A stretch of DNA of 64,000 nt from Oscillospiraceae bacterium (GCA_015065295.1 SVQN01000003.1:1735-65734); one strand, 5' to 3'. Shown: positions 52,856-62,923, counted from the first letter of the stretch. Notes: a model not told the origin generated them from the letters alone. Translations and numbers: made by a program.

Positions 52856-55150
52856 ATGAAAAACTTCCGCAATCGGATGACGCTGCTGTTTTGTGCGGCG
52901 ATGCTGGGGATGGTTTCATGTACGAACGGGACACCTGCGGAACCGAGTGCCGCAGCAGAAACAACAGAAACGTTGGAAACTGCGCCGGTTCTCACAAATG
53001 TATTTCTCGGAACGGAGTATTCGCTTTCCGAAGGATGGACGGCGAACGGCAGAGTGAAGCCGTATTATAATCCGTCAGACCATACGCTGACCCTGCTGTG
53101 CGAGCGGAAAGGGGAGACGGTTCTCGCCGTACTGGAGGAATCCGGAAAAGTTGTCCGGGAAACGGTGGTCGGGCTGGAGGAAGATGTCCTGCTGAGTCTG
53201 ACCGGCGGATTGATTACGGAAGAAGGATTGTATTATATCCGTTCGCAGTTCAACGGGCAGAAGCAGGCAGCCGAAACCTACGCAGGAATGTACCGTCCGG
53301 ACAGCGGAACGGTGACGGTTTCCGAAGAAATTTCGTCGATGTTCACGACGGCGCAGGGGTATTTCTCGGTCAGCGGCATGGCAGCGGACAGGGACGGCGG
53401 ACTGTACCTTATCTATAACTCCGAAATCGTGGTTTTGGATGAACATCTCCGGTTCGATTTCAACATTGCTGCGGACGACTGGATCGAGGAACTGATCCTT
53501 TCGCCGGACGGAACGGTGTACGCGCGGGACTTCCGTTCGCTGATGGAAATCGACCGTGCGGCGAAAATGTTCGGAGACAGCCGGAATCTGCCCGGCGGAT
53601 TTGACGCGAAGCAGTACCTGTTCGGCGAGGGTTATGACCTGTATTATTCCGGAACGGCCGGATTGTACGGATATGATTTTGCGTCCGGCGAAAAAACGCT
53701 GGTGATGGATTATCTGAATTCCAGCTTGATCGCTGACAATCTGACGATTGCGGCGGTTCCGTCGCCGGACTGTGTTCTTCTGTACGATGGGTACGGGGAA
53801 ACTCCTGCGGTCTATCGCCGGACGGAGGATATTGACCTTTCGCAGACGACGCTTCTGGAAATTGCGTTCGTTCACGAGGACAGCGGATTGAATGCCGCCG
53901 TGGTAGAGTTCAACCGGACGCATCCCGATATCCGGGCGGTGGTGCGGAATTACGGGGTTTACATGACCTCGGAAGACCCGACCGGCGGGGAACGGCGGCT
54001 TATCAATGACCTGCTGAACGGGCTGTATCAGCCGGATATCGTTGCCGGATGGGGACTGTACGACCAGGTTCTGCTGGAAATTTATGAAAACGGGCTGTAT
54101 ACCGATCTGTACCCGCTGATGGAAGCGGATGAGGATTCACCGGTGAAAAAGGACGATCTGCTGAACAGTGTCCGTCGGATGTTCGAGTCGGAAAACGGCG
54201 AGTTGATGGGAATCGCAGGCAGTATGCGGGTGACAACGGTGAGCGCGAAGACGGAAATTGTCGGGGACAACGTGTGCTGGACGCTTCCGGAGCTGCTCGA
54301 TGTGGCGGAAAATCTGCCCGAAGGAAGCCGGCTGCTGCGGGAACTGGCACAGGAAAATGCAGCACAGTATTTGCTTGGAAACGGCGGGTACGATACGTTT
54401 GTGGATTTTGAAACCGGGACATGCCGGTTTGAGAGTGAGGATTTTCTGCGGTATCTGGAGTTTCTGAAAACGCTTCCCGCGTCGTATTCGGAAGCACTTG
54501 CGGCGTTCGGATCGGATCGCGGTATATTGGCACAGGCTTATCACGATGGAACGCTGGTGCTGAACACGGAATATTTCATGAACGGCGATATCGTGCCGAC
54601 GTGGATGTTGGGATACGGACGGTTCGGTACGGACGAAATCGTGCGGATCGGGTATGCTTCGCCGGAGGATACGGTCGGAAATGCGACGATTCTGCTGAGT
54701 CCGTATGTGATGACCTCGTACTGCGACTGTTCGGAAGAAGCATGGGATTTTCTTTCGGCGATCGTTGAAAAGGAAGTGCGCGATAAATTGGAAGGAATTC
54801 CGGTATTGCGGTCGGTTCTGAAGGAACGGTGTGTGTTCTACGACGGGATGTGGTTTGAACTGTACACGGACGGAAGTATGGATATGTTCGGGCAGAAGAT
54901 GAATTACGATCCCGGACGGACGCTGCCGAAACCGGGGATTGCTGTACCGTTCACGGAAGAAACGGCGGAGGAAATTGTCGGGTGGTTCGATGATGCGATC
55001 GGTCTGCCGGTGCGGGATCATGCGGACAGCGAGGTGTCCGGCATCGTGAACGAAGAAATCACGGCGTATCTGGCCGGAACGAAGTCAGCGGCAGACTGTG
55101 CAAGGGTGATCCAGTCGCGCGTGTCGGTCTGGCTGGCGGAACATCAGTGA
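52856..55150 (+). CDS. Large lipoprotein, paralogue 1: N-terminal propeller-like domain plus C-terminal family-1 solute-binding-like domain
   Basis: 764 aa from the second ATG (AGGAGG lies 8 nt upstream). The lipobox is 'LGMVSC'. It is homologous along its full length to 55389-57749 (e.g. 'LTNVF.GT', 'VKPYYN', 'GLYGY.FA', 'YRR.EDIDLSQ', 'AADCAR.IQSRVS.WL.EH'). Confidence 0.8.
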   Translation: MKNFRNRMTLLFCAAMLGMVSCTNGTPAEPSAAAETTETLETAPVLTNVFLGTEYSLSEGWTANGRVKPYYNPSDHTLTLLCERKGETVLAVLEESGKVVRETVVGLEEDVLLSLTGGLITEEGLYYIRSQFNGQKQAAETYAGMYRPDSGTVTVSEEISSMFTTAQGYFSVSGMAADRDGGLYLIYNSEIVVLDEHLRFDFNIAADDWIEELILSPDGTVYARDFRSLMEIDRAAKMFGDSRNLPGGFDAKQYLFGEGYDLYYSGTAGLYGYDFASGEKTLVMDYLNSSLIADNLTIAAVPSPDCVLLYDGYGETPAVYRRTEDIDLSQTTLLEIAFVHEDSGLNAAVVEFNRTHPDIRAVVRNYGVYMTSEDPTGGERRLINDLLNGLYQPDIVAGWGLYDQVLLEIYENGLYTDLYPLMEADEDSPVKKDDLLNSVRRMFESENGELMGIAGSMRVTTVSAKTEIVGDNVCWTLPELLDVAENLPEGSRLLRELAQENAAQYLLGNGGYDTFVDFETGTCRFESEDFLRYLEFLKTLPASYSEALAAFGSDRGILAQAYHDGTLVLNTEYFMNGDIVPTWMLGYGRFGTDEIVRIGYASPEDTVGNATILLSPYVMTSYCDCSEEAWDFLSAIVEKEVRDKLEGIPVLRSVLKERCVFYDGMWFELYTDGSMDMFGQKMNYDPGRTLPKPGIAVPFTEETAEEIVGWFDDAIGLPVRDHADSEVSGIVNEEITAYLAGTKSAADCARVIQSRVSVWLAEHQ

Positions 55151-55388
55151 ATTTTAAGCAAATCTTAATCTGTCCGATCTTATGCTATTCATATTTGTAT
55201 GCTATACTGATTCCGTCATTGAAATGTGTTTGATGACCGACCGGACAACCGGAATCGTGAATATTCTGCGAAAGAATTGTTAAAAATATTGGATTCTGAA
55301 AGAAATTCCGGGAAAATTTCGTTTATCCAAATTGAGAGAATAAGGGAAAGCGATCGAATTCATCATTTATAGTAAGGAGAAAATGCTT

Positions 55389-57749
55389 ATGAAACATTTC
55401 CGCAGACTGTGTGTCCTGCTTCTGGCGGCACTCGTTCTCGGTACGTCCTGCGCGAAGACCGGGACGGAAACCGATGCCGGAGAAGCGGTCGAAAAAACCG
55501 AAATTCTGACCAACGTATTCAAAGGAACGGGGATTTCTCTGCCGGAGGAATATTCCCTCAACACGCAGGTCAAGCCGTATTACAATGCGGAGACCGGTGA
55601 AATGCGGGTATTCTGTACATGGTGGCACGAAACGGACGAGGTGAACGAAGAAGGCTACAAGGAAACCGTGCGCGACAACCTCCTTCTGACCATCGGTACG
55701 GATGGGAACATCGTTGACGAACGGCTTCTCGACCTCGGGGAATATGTCAACCACGGCGTTCTCACCGCAGACCGGTTCTATTTTGTCTACAACACCTACG
55801 ATCAGGCTACAATGACGGAATCCTACCATGCGGCGATCTATGACCTTGCGGAAAACAAAATTGCCGCTTCCTCCGATGATCTGTCGGGACTGTTTGCCCA
55901 GCAGGAGGGCGGATGGTTCTACGTTGACAAAATTGCCGTGGACGGGGACGGGATGATCTATATTTCGTCCGATCAGGAAATTCTTGTGACGAACGAGGCG
56001 TTCGTGAAGCAGTTCTCCGTGACGGCATCGAACTGGGTGGAAGAAATGGTGACGGCGGCGGACGGAACAGTGTACATCGCGGGCTATATGGACAACGGCT
56101 ACGGCTTCACACCGATTGACAAGGCGGCGAAGGCGTTCGGCGAAACGAAGAATCTTCCGTCGAATCTCAACGCACAGCAGTATCTGCTCGCCGACGGGTA
56201 CGATATTTTCCTCTCTGCGGACGACGGGCTGTACGGCTACAATTTCGCGGAAGAAGCACCGGAAATGGTCTTCAGCTACGCCAATTCCGACCTGTTCGGG
56301 AACAATCTGGACATTGCGTCCATTGTGGATACCGACTGCGTGATCCTGTACGAGCGCGATCCGGACACCTACGAGATGACTCCCGCGATCTACCGCCGTT
56401 CGGAGGACATTGATCTGTCGCAGGTGAAGGTGCTGGAAATCGCGTATACAAGCTCCGACTGGCAGATGTCGTCGGATATCGTAAAATTCAACAAGGCGAA
56501 CGACGGTGTGCGGATCGTTGCGAGGGACTACAGCCAGTACAACACCGACGAGGATTACAATGCCGGTACGACCAGACTGGTGAACGACATCCTTCTCGGA
56601 CTGTACAAGCCCGATCTGGTGACGGGGTACAGCGTCACGGATGACGTGATTGCGGAGGTATACGCGAACGGACTTTACGCCGACCTGTACCCGCTGATGG
56701 AAGCGGACGGAACGATTTCAAAGGACGATCTGCTCGGATGCGTGAAGCGGTCGTTTGAATCGGCGGACGGAAAGCTGTGGGTACTCGGGGATTCTGTGGC
56801 CGTACAGACGCTCATGGGAACGAAGGAGATGCTCGGCGACCGGAAGGGATGGACGCTGTCGGAGATGATCGACTTTGCGGAAGGTCTGCCGGAAGGGACA
56901 AGTCTGAAACGCGGGCTGAATCAGCAAACGGCGTTGTATGATCTGCTCGGACGAAACGGGTATGGAATGTTCATTGATACGGAAGCAAATACCTGTGATT
57001 TTGAATCGGAAGATTTTATTCGTTATCTGGAATATCTCACGACTCTTCCGGCATCCAAAAAACCTGCCAACCGTGCGGAAGCGGAAGCCATGGCAGTTGC
57101 AAGCAGCGGAAATGACGACGGATATCTGGCGTATCATAATGGACAGATTGCACTTACAGAAATGTATTATCACGGCGTAAATGACTGGGTTCGGATGGAA
57201 GCGACGTTCAACACGCCCGACGTAGTCAACATCGGTTATCCGACGGCGGACGGGAAGACCAACGGCGCGCAGATGGATATCACGCCGTACATGATTACCT
57301 CGTTCTGCGAATATCCGGACGAAGCGTGGGACTTTATCGAGTTCATCATCGGGCCGGAGGAGAAACTCAGTGAGTATGGCAGTCACAACGGTCTGCCGGT
57401 ACTGAAGGACAAGTTCATGCAGGTGTGTGAGAGTGAGTACGACTCGCTGTTTGAAGTTCATTTCAGCGGCGGGATGTCGTGGGGAACGTACAATCCGGAA
57501 TACGACGATCTGAACGCGGAAATGCGCGAACCCGGCATCCGGAAGTTCTTCACGGAAGAGGATGCCAAAGCGATGCTGAAATGGTTCGACGAGGAACTCG
57601 GCGCACCGGCGGCGGAAGCGGTGGACGCGGAAATCACGGAAATCGTGAACGAGGAAATCACGACCTATCTCGGCGGCGCGAAATCGGCGGCGGACTGTGC
57701 GCGGATCATCCAGTCCCGCGTGTCGATCTGGCTCTCGGAACACGAATAA
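55389..57749 (+). CDS. Large lipoprotein, paralogue 2 (same architecture)
   Basis: 786 aa. The lipobox is 'LVLGTSC'. See paralogue 1. Confidence 0.8.
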   Translation: MKHFRRLCVLLLAALVLGTSCAKTGTETDAGEAVEKTEILTNVFKGTGISLPEEYSLNTQVKPYYNAETGEMRVFCTWWHETDEVNEEGYKETVRDNLLLTIGTDGNIVDERLLDLGEYVNHGVLTADRFYFVYNTYDQATMTESYHAAIYDLAENKIAASSDDLSGLFAQQEGGWFYVDKIAVDGDGMIYISSDQEILVTNEAFVKQFSVTASNWVEEMVTAADGTVYIAGYMDNGYGFTPIDKAAKAFGETKNLPSNLNAQQYLLADGYDIFLSADDGLYGYNFAEEAPEMVFSYANSDLFGNNLDIASIVDTDCVILYERDPDTYEMTPAIYRRSEDIDLSQVKVLEIAYTSSDWQMSSDIVKFNKANDGVRIVARDYSQYNTDEDYNAGTTRLVNDILLGLYKPDLVTGYSVTDDVIAEVYANGLYADLYPLMEADGTISKDDLLGCVKRSFESADGKLWVLGDSVAVQTLMGTKEMLGDRKGWTLSEMIDFAEGLPEGTSLKRGLNQQTALYDLLGRNGYGMFIDTEANTCDFESEDFIRYLEYLTTLPASKKPANRAEAEAMAVASSGNDDGYLAYHNGQIALTEMYYHGVNDWVRMEATFNTPDVVNIGYPTADGKTNGAQMDITPYMITSFCEYPDEAWDFIEFIIGPEEKLSEYGSHNGLPVLKDKFMQVCESEYDSLFEVHFSGGMSWGTYNPEYDDLNAEMREPGIRKFFTEEDAKAMLKWFDEELGAPAAEAVDAEITEIVNEEITTYLGGAKSAADCARIIQSRVSIWLSEHE

Positions 57750-57768
57750 ACGACGGAATTTTATCGGA

Positions 57769-57800
57769 AACCGGTACGAATGTGCCGGTTTTCTGTATTT
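57769..57800 (+). terminator. Intrinsic terminator after paralogue 2
   Basis: AACCGG-tacgaatgtg-CCGGTT followed by TTCTGTATTT. Confidence 0.55.
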
Positions 57801-57814
57801 CTTACGCTTTCCCC

Positions 57815-57843
57815 TTGCTAAAATTTTATTTCTGTGCTATACT
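57815..57843 (+). promoter_or_regulatory. Putative sigma-A promoter of the ABC exporter pair
   Basis: TTGCTA-17 nt-TATACT, followed by a ~200-nt GC-rich leader before the ATG at 58051. Confidence 0.5.
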
Positions 57844-58050
57844 GCCTCATGGTATGGATTGTCGGCGGCACGGTTCCTGTTGTCCCAGAGAGCCGGCAAT
57901 TCTCTCTCCACCAGCCCGGAAGGCCGGGCGGCCGGACTCGGCGTTTGTTTGCTGAAGGGTGTGGCTGTCCCCCGACCGTGGAGTTCGTATTATGAATATT
58001 TCCGGACGTTCCACTCGTGTCCGGATGAGAAAACGGTATTCAATCGACTT

Positions 58051-59913
58051 ATGAAACAGAAACATTCAACCAAAAACCGGGAGACCGCCCGGTTCAACCG
58101 GCAGATGCTCCTTTCTTTTCTGCGCGGATGCCGGCATTTTTTCGTCATCAGCATTGCGGCTTCGGTGCTGGCGTCGCTCTGTGAACTGGTGATTCCGAAG
58201 ATCATCAGCTTTACGGTGGACTCCGTTCTCGGCGGCGAACCGTATGAACTTCCCGCGCCTCTCGGATGGGCGGAAGAGATTTTCCGGAGTATGAATGTCG
58301 GGAAGCTCCTCACCCTTTTGGCGGGGCTGATTCTCGTCATTGCCGTCCTGATGGGGCTTTGTAAGTACCTCGAGAACGTATTCAACCGGAAGGGATCGGA
58401 AACCCTGGTCGAAACCATGCGGAACCGTCTGTACGGCCATATCGGACGGCTGCCGTTCGCGTGGTTTATGAAAAATCAGACCGGCGATATCATCCAGCGG
58501 TGTACTTCCGATGTGGAGACGGTCAAGGCATTCCTTTCGGAACAGCTTACTTCTGTGGTCAGTACGACATTATTGATCGTGATGTCCCTTGCGTTCATGT
58601 TCGGCATCAATACGACGTTGGCGTGCATTGCGCTGGTGTCGATTCCGGTTGTGATTGCATATTCCGCGTTTTTCCATGGAAAAATCGGCGCACGGTTCCA
58701 GTACTGCGATGAAAACGAGGGGAAGTTGTCCTCGATTGTACAGGAAAATCTGACCGGTGTGCGGGTCGTCCGTGCATTCGGACGGGAAAAGTATGAAGTG
58801 GACAAGTTCACCGCGCAGAACGACGTGTACTGCAATGCATGGGTGAAGCTCAGCTTCCTGATGTCCATGTTCTGGTGCGCCGGCGACCTCATTTCCGGCT
58901 TGCAGGTGATGATTATTCTTGTGACCGGCGCGGTTCTCTGCGTGGACGGCAGTCTGTCCACGGGGGATTTTATTGCAATCATGTCCTACAACGGGATGCT
59001 GACGTGGCCGGTGCGTTCGCTCGGACGTGTGATTTCCGAAATGAGCAAGACGGGCGTTTCCATCGGGCGAATCGGCGAAATCATGGCGGCGGAGGAAGAA
59101 ACGGACGTTCCCGGCGCGGTGGATGCAGATTTGTCCGGCGACATTGTGTTCGATCATGTGTCGTTCGGCTATGACAGCCGGACATCGTCGGACGGTGCGG
59201 TGCATGAAATTCTGCACGATCTGTCGCTGGAAATCAAAAAAGGCTCTACGGTCGGCATTCTCGGCATGACGGGCAGCGGCAAGTCCACGCTCGTTTCACT
59301 TCTGTGCCGTCTGTACGAACTGCCGGAAGGAAACGGAAAAATCACGCTGTCCGGACGGGATATCCGCGAAATCAAGGCGTCGTCTCTCCGGAAAAACATC
59401 GGAATTGTATTGCAGGAACCGTTCCTGTTCTCGCGTACGCTCCGTGAAAATATCGGTATGACGTTCGACGACGTGAACGCGAACGAAGAAGCGATTACGG
59501 AAGCGGCGCGTGCGGCGTGTCTAGACGAGACGATCCGCAATTTCACGAACGGTTACGAAACCACCGTCGGCGAACGCGGCGTAACGCTGTCCGGCGGTCA
59601 GAAACAGCGGACGGCGATTGCCAGACTGCTTGCGGCGGCTCCTCCGGTGATGATCTTCGACGACAGTTTATCTGCCGTGGACAGTGAGACGGACGCAAAA
59701 ATCCGCGCCGCGCTCCGTGAAAAGACGGCGGATTCCACGGTGATTCTGATTTCCCACCGGATTCAGACCCTCATGTCGGCGGACAAAATCGTTGTCATGG
59801 CGGGCGGACGGATCACGGAAATGGGGACGCACGAAGAATTGCTGAAGCAGAACGGCATTTATAAGAAAATCAACGACATCCAGACGGGACTTCCCGAGGA
59901 AATTGCAGGATAA
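58051..59913 (+). CDS. ABC exporter, fused permease/ATPase, subunit with the degenerate Walker-B neighbour (type I exporter, MdlA/TM287-like)
   Basis: 620 aa from 'MKQKHSTKN'. Six TM helices. Walker A 'GMTGSGKST', signature 'LSGGQKQR', Walker B 'VMIFDDSLSAVD' (Asp in place of the catalytic Glu). Confidence 0.88.
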   Translation: MKQKHSTKNRETARFNRQMLLSFLRGCRHFFVISIAASVLASLCELVIPKIISFTVDSVLGGEPYELPAPLGWAEEIFRSMNVGKLLTLLAGLILVIAVLMGLCKYLENVFNRKGSETLVETMRNRLYGHIGRLPFAWFMKNQTGDIIQRCTSDVETVKAFLSEQLTSVVSTTLLIVMSLAFMFGINTTLACIALVSIPVVIAYSAFFHGKIGARFQYCDENEGKLSSIVQENLTGVRVVRAFGREKYEVDKFTAQNDVYCNAWVKLSFLMSMFWCAGDLISGLQVMIILVTGAVLCVDGSLSTGDFIAIMSYNGMLTWPVRSLGRVISEMSKTGVSIGRIGEIMAAEEETDVPGAVDADLSGDIVFDHVSFGYDSRTSSDGAVHEILHDLSLEIKKGSTVGILGMTGSGKSTLVSLLCRLYELPEGNGKITLSGRDIREIKASSLRKNIGIVLQEPFLFSRTLRENIGMTFDDVNANEEAITEAARAACLDETIRNFTNGYETTVGERGVTLSGGQKQRTAIARLLAAAPPVMIFDDSLSAVDSETDAKIRAALREKTADSTVILISHRIQTLMSADKIVVMAGGRITEMGTHEELLKQNGIYKKINDIQTGLPEEIAG

Positions 59914-59926
59914 GGGGGATGACATC

Positions 59927-61756
59927 ATGGATGAAAACACAACGAAAATCACACATCTGAAACTGTTCGGGCTTCCGAAGCTCCTGCCGCATCTGAAGCC
60001 CCACGCGCCGATGATGATTGGAATGATCCTGCTCGGCATTGCCGGATCGGTGGTGGACATCATTTTCCCGAAGTATCAGGAATATGCGATCAACCACTTT
60101 ATCGGCGGAAATACGCTCGACACGATTGTCCCGTTCACGGTGACATACCTGCTGTTTCTGATTATGAAAATCATTTTTGACATGAACAGCACCTATATGT
60201 CGTCCAAGATCGAGATGTACATCGGGCGCGACCTCAAGAAAAAATCGTTCGACCACCTCCAGACGCTGTCGTTCTCGTACTTCAACCGGAACAGCGTCGG
60301 GTACGTTCACGCGCGCGTCATGAGCGATACGGGGCGTATCGGAACGCTTGTTTCGTGGTATCTGATGGACTGCGTGTGGAATATCACCTACATGGTCGGC
60401 GCGCTGGCGGTCATGCTCCGGACGAACTGGAAGCTGACGCTGATTGTGCTGGTCGTCATTCCGATTGTATCGGCGATTGTTGCGCTGATGCAGAAGAAGC
60501 TGACCGACGCGAACCGGCAGATCCGCGAGATGAATTCGAAGATCACGGGCAGCTTCAACGAAGGCATCACCGGCGCGAAAACGGTGAAAACGCTCGTGAC
60601 GGAAGACAAAATGTACAACCGGTTCACGGAGGAAACCTCCGGCATGAAGCGGGTATCCGTGGCGGAATCCCGGTACCGCGGAATTCTGTGGACCTCGCTG
60701 ACGGCGGCTTCGTACATTGCGCTCGCGCTGGTTCTCTATCGCGGCGGCATTCTGAACGTGGAAGGCGTGATGGCTCTCGGTACGCTGTCGCTGTTCATGT
60801 CCTATGCCATGGGCATCATGCAGCCGATCCGATGGATCGTGAACAGCCTGTCGCAGCTCATCACGGTGCAGGTCAACATCGAACGTCTGACGGGGCTTCT
60901 GGAAACCGCGTCGGATGTGGCGGATTCGGAGGAAGTTATTGCAAAATACGGCGATATGTTCGAGCCGAAGCGGGAAAACTGGGAAGAACTGTCCGGCGAC
61001 ATCGAATTTGAAAACGTATCGTTCAAGTATCCGGACGGGGACGAATACGTCCTGCGCGACTTCAATCTGAAAATTCCGCACGGGACGAACGTGGCGATTG
61101 TCGGAGAAACGGGCGCGGGAAAATCGACGCTCGTGAATCTGGTCTGCCGGTTTTTCGAGCCGACCTCCGGACGATTGCTGATCGACGGACGGGATGCAAG
61201 GGAGCGTTCCCAGCTCTGGCTGCACTCGAACATCGGGTACGTCCTCCAGACGCCGCATCTGTTCTCCGGAACGATCCGCGACAACCTGAAATACGGTGCG
61301 CCGGACGCGACGGATGAAGAAATCATGGCGGCACTGGAAACCGTATCGGCGGCGGGGATCGTCAAAAAGAGCGAAAAGGGGCTGGACACCGAAGTCGGGG
61401 AAGGCGGCGACCTGCTTTCGACCGGGGAAAAGCAGCTGATTTCGTTCGCGCGGGCGATTTTATGTCAGCCGAAGATTCTGGTGCTGGACGAAGCAACCTC
61501 GTCGATTGACACGTTCACGGAGCAGCTGATCCAGAACGCGATCGAAAAGGTGATCGAGGGACGGACGACGTTCATGATCGCGCACCGGTTATCGACGGTG
61601 CGGAATGCGGATATTATTCTGGTTGTACGCGACGGCGTGATCGTGGAATCCGGCACCCACCGGGAACTGATTGCGAAAAAGGGCTATTACCACAGCCTGT
61701 ACACCAGACAGTACGAACGCGAAGCAACGGATTCCGCCTTTGCGGAGATGAAATAA
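59927..61756 (+). CDS. ABC exporter, fused permease/ATPase, partner subunit (MdlB/TM288-like)
   Basis: 609 aa from the ATG at 59927 (AAGGGGGA RBS). Walker A 'GETGAGKST', non-canonical signature 'LSTGEKQL', Walker B 'ILVLDEATSSID'. Confidence 0.88.
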   Translation: MDENTTKITHLKLFGLPKLLPHLKPHAPMMIGMILLGIAGSVVDIIFPKYQEYAINHFIGGNTLDTIVPFTVTYLLFLIMKIIFDMNSTYMSSKIEMYIGRDLKKKSFDHLQTLSFSYFNRNSVGYVHARVMSDTGRIGTLVSWYLMDCVWNITYMVGALAVMLRTNWKLTLIVLVVIPIVSAIVALMQKKLTDANRQIREMNSKITGSFNEGITGAKTVKTLVTEDKMYNRFTEETSGMKRVSVAESRYRGILWTSLTAASYIALALVLYRGGILNVEGVMALGTLSLFMSYAMGIMQPIRWIVNSLSQLITVQVNIERLTGLLETASDVADSEEVIAKYGDMFEPKRENWEELSGDIEFENVSFKYPDGDEYVLRDFNLKIPHGTNVAIVGETGAGKSTLVNLVCRFFEPTSGRLLIDGRDARERSQLWLHSNIGYVLQTPHLFSGTIRDNLKYGAPDATDEEIMAALETVSAAGIVKKSEKGLDTEVGEGGDLLSTGEKQLISFARAILCQPKILVLDEATSSIDTFTEQLIQNAIEKVIEGRTTFMIAHRLSTVRNADIILVVRDGVIVESGTHRELIAKKGYYHSLYTRQYEREATDSAFAEMK

Positions 61757-61764
61757 GAGACATT

Positions 61765-61817
61765 GGGGGAAACTTTTTTTCAAAAAAGTTTCCCCCAAAC
61801 CCCTTTCAAAAAACTTC
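61765..61817 (+). repeat. H1 hairpin-plus-tail repeat
   Basis: GGGGGAAACTTTTTTTCAAAAAAGTTTCCCCC followed by AAACCCCTTTCAAAAAACTTC. Confidence 0.85.
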
Positions 61818-61838
61818 AATCTGTGAAAAGGAGATTCA

Positions 61839-62459
61839 ATGATGAAGAAAATCATCGTGAGCGCGTTTGAGCCGTTCGGCGGGAGCGGGCGGAATTCGTC
61901 GCTGGATACGCTGAACGAACTGCCGGATGTGCTGAACGGATGTGAGATCGTGAAGGTGATGCTTCCCGTGGTGTACGGGGAATGCGGACGGGTTCTGTGC
62001 GGAAAAATCGCGGAATATGTGCCGGAAGAAATCGCGGCGGTAGTTTGTCTCGGACAGGCCGCCGGACGGGGAAGCATTACGCCGGAATATGTCGCGGTGA
62101 ACGTGCGTCATGCAGGTTCGGCGGACAATGCGGGGGTGAAGTATGAGCTGACCCCGATCGGAGACGGTGCGGATGCGTATATCACGGGACTGCCGGCCGG
62201 CGCGATGGTAGAAAAAATGAAAGAAGCGGACGTTCCTGCGGCGGTATCGTTCACGGCGGGGACGTATGTGTGCAACGATCTGATGTACGCGGCGGTGGAA
62301 TACTGCCGTCCGCGCGGGATTCCGGCGGGATTCGTGCATCTGCCGCTGTCGGAAGAGATTGCCGAACTGGAAGGGAAAACGGGGAAGATTGCCGCACTTC
62401 CGCAGGCGATGCTGACGAGAGGGATTACCGCGGCGGTGGAAGCAGTTGTACGGAAATAA
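61839..62459 (+). CDS. pcp: Pyroglutamyl-peptidase I (pyrrolidone-carboxylate peptidase)
   Basis: 206 aa; 'VSAFEPFGG', 'GTYVCNDLMY' (nucleophile Cys), 'GFVHLP'. Confidence 0.9.
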   Translation: MMKKIIVSAFEPFGGSGRNSSLDTLNELPDVLNGCEIVKVMLPVVYGECGRVLCGKIAEYVPEEIAAVVCLGQAAGRGSITPEYVAVNVRHAGSADNAGVKYELTPIGDGADAYITGLPAGAMVEKMKEADVPAAVSFTAGTYVCNDLMYAAVEYCRPRGIPAGFVHLPLSEEIAELEGKTGKIAALPQAMLTRGITAAVEAVVRK

Positions 62460-62461
62460 AA

Positions 62462-62499
62462 GAAACCCGGCAGGGGTGCGAATCCTGTCGGGTTTCTTT
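62462..62499 (+). terminator. pcp terminator; also copy 1 of a ~50-bp direct repeat
   Basis: AAACCCGGCAGG-ggtgcgaat-CCTGTCGGGTTT followed by CTTT. Nearly identical to 62934-62972. Confidence 0.75.
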
Positions 62500-62736
62500 G
62501 ATATGTGTCGGTTGTTCGCCGCCCACCAAGCGGACGAACGGAGTGGATCAATATGATGATACCATTTGCACTTGTATTATACCGCATCTTTTCAGATGTG
62601 TCAAGGGGCAGACAAAAAACGGTGTGGAAATACATCATTGCAAGTAAAGTGACTGTTTCGCGGACAGTCTGCGGTGCAGGAAATTGGTGGTTTCCTATCC
62701 GTAATCCGACACCGTTTTTTTGTTGTCTGCTATGTA

Positions 62737-62847
62737 TTACTTATCTTTGTGATAAGTTTTCCATGCCGCAATTGCGGCTGCAACGGTTGCAGATGCCAGA
62801 ACAAGCTGACAAACTGCATTCACAATGCTGCAAATGGTTTCGATCAT
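62737..62847 (-). CDS. 36-aa hydrophobic peptide with a lysine-rich tail (type-I-toxin / holin-like small membrane peptide candidate)
   Basis: MIETICSIVNAVCQLVLASATVAAAIAAWKTYHKDK. It has its own promoter (62881-62909), the RBS GGAAAGGGA 6-8 nt upstream, and a long stem downstream (62606-62729). Confidence 0.5.
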   Translation of the reverse strand: MIETICSIVNAVCQLVLASATVAAAIAAWKTYHKDK

Positions 62848-62880
62848 ACAGGTTCCCTTTCCGCAAGCACCGCAGGGAAT

Positions 62881-62909
62881 AGTATAACATGATGCAGAGG
62901 ATTTTGCAA
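62881..62909 (-). promoter_or_regulatory. Putative sigma-A promoter of the small peptide gene
   Basis: On the minus strand: TTGCAA-17 nt-TATACT, ~30 nt upstream of the ATG at 62847. Confidence 0.5.
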
Positions 62910-62923
62910 GAGTGGCGATGTTT

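Noticed and set aside
57697-58050. The N-terminal 118-codon extension of the ABC exporter ORF (ORF track start at 57697).
   Set aside because: The extension overlaps the upstream gene's end, its terminator and the putative promoter. The ABC transmembrane domain begins right after the ATG at 58051 ('MKQKHSTKN...').
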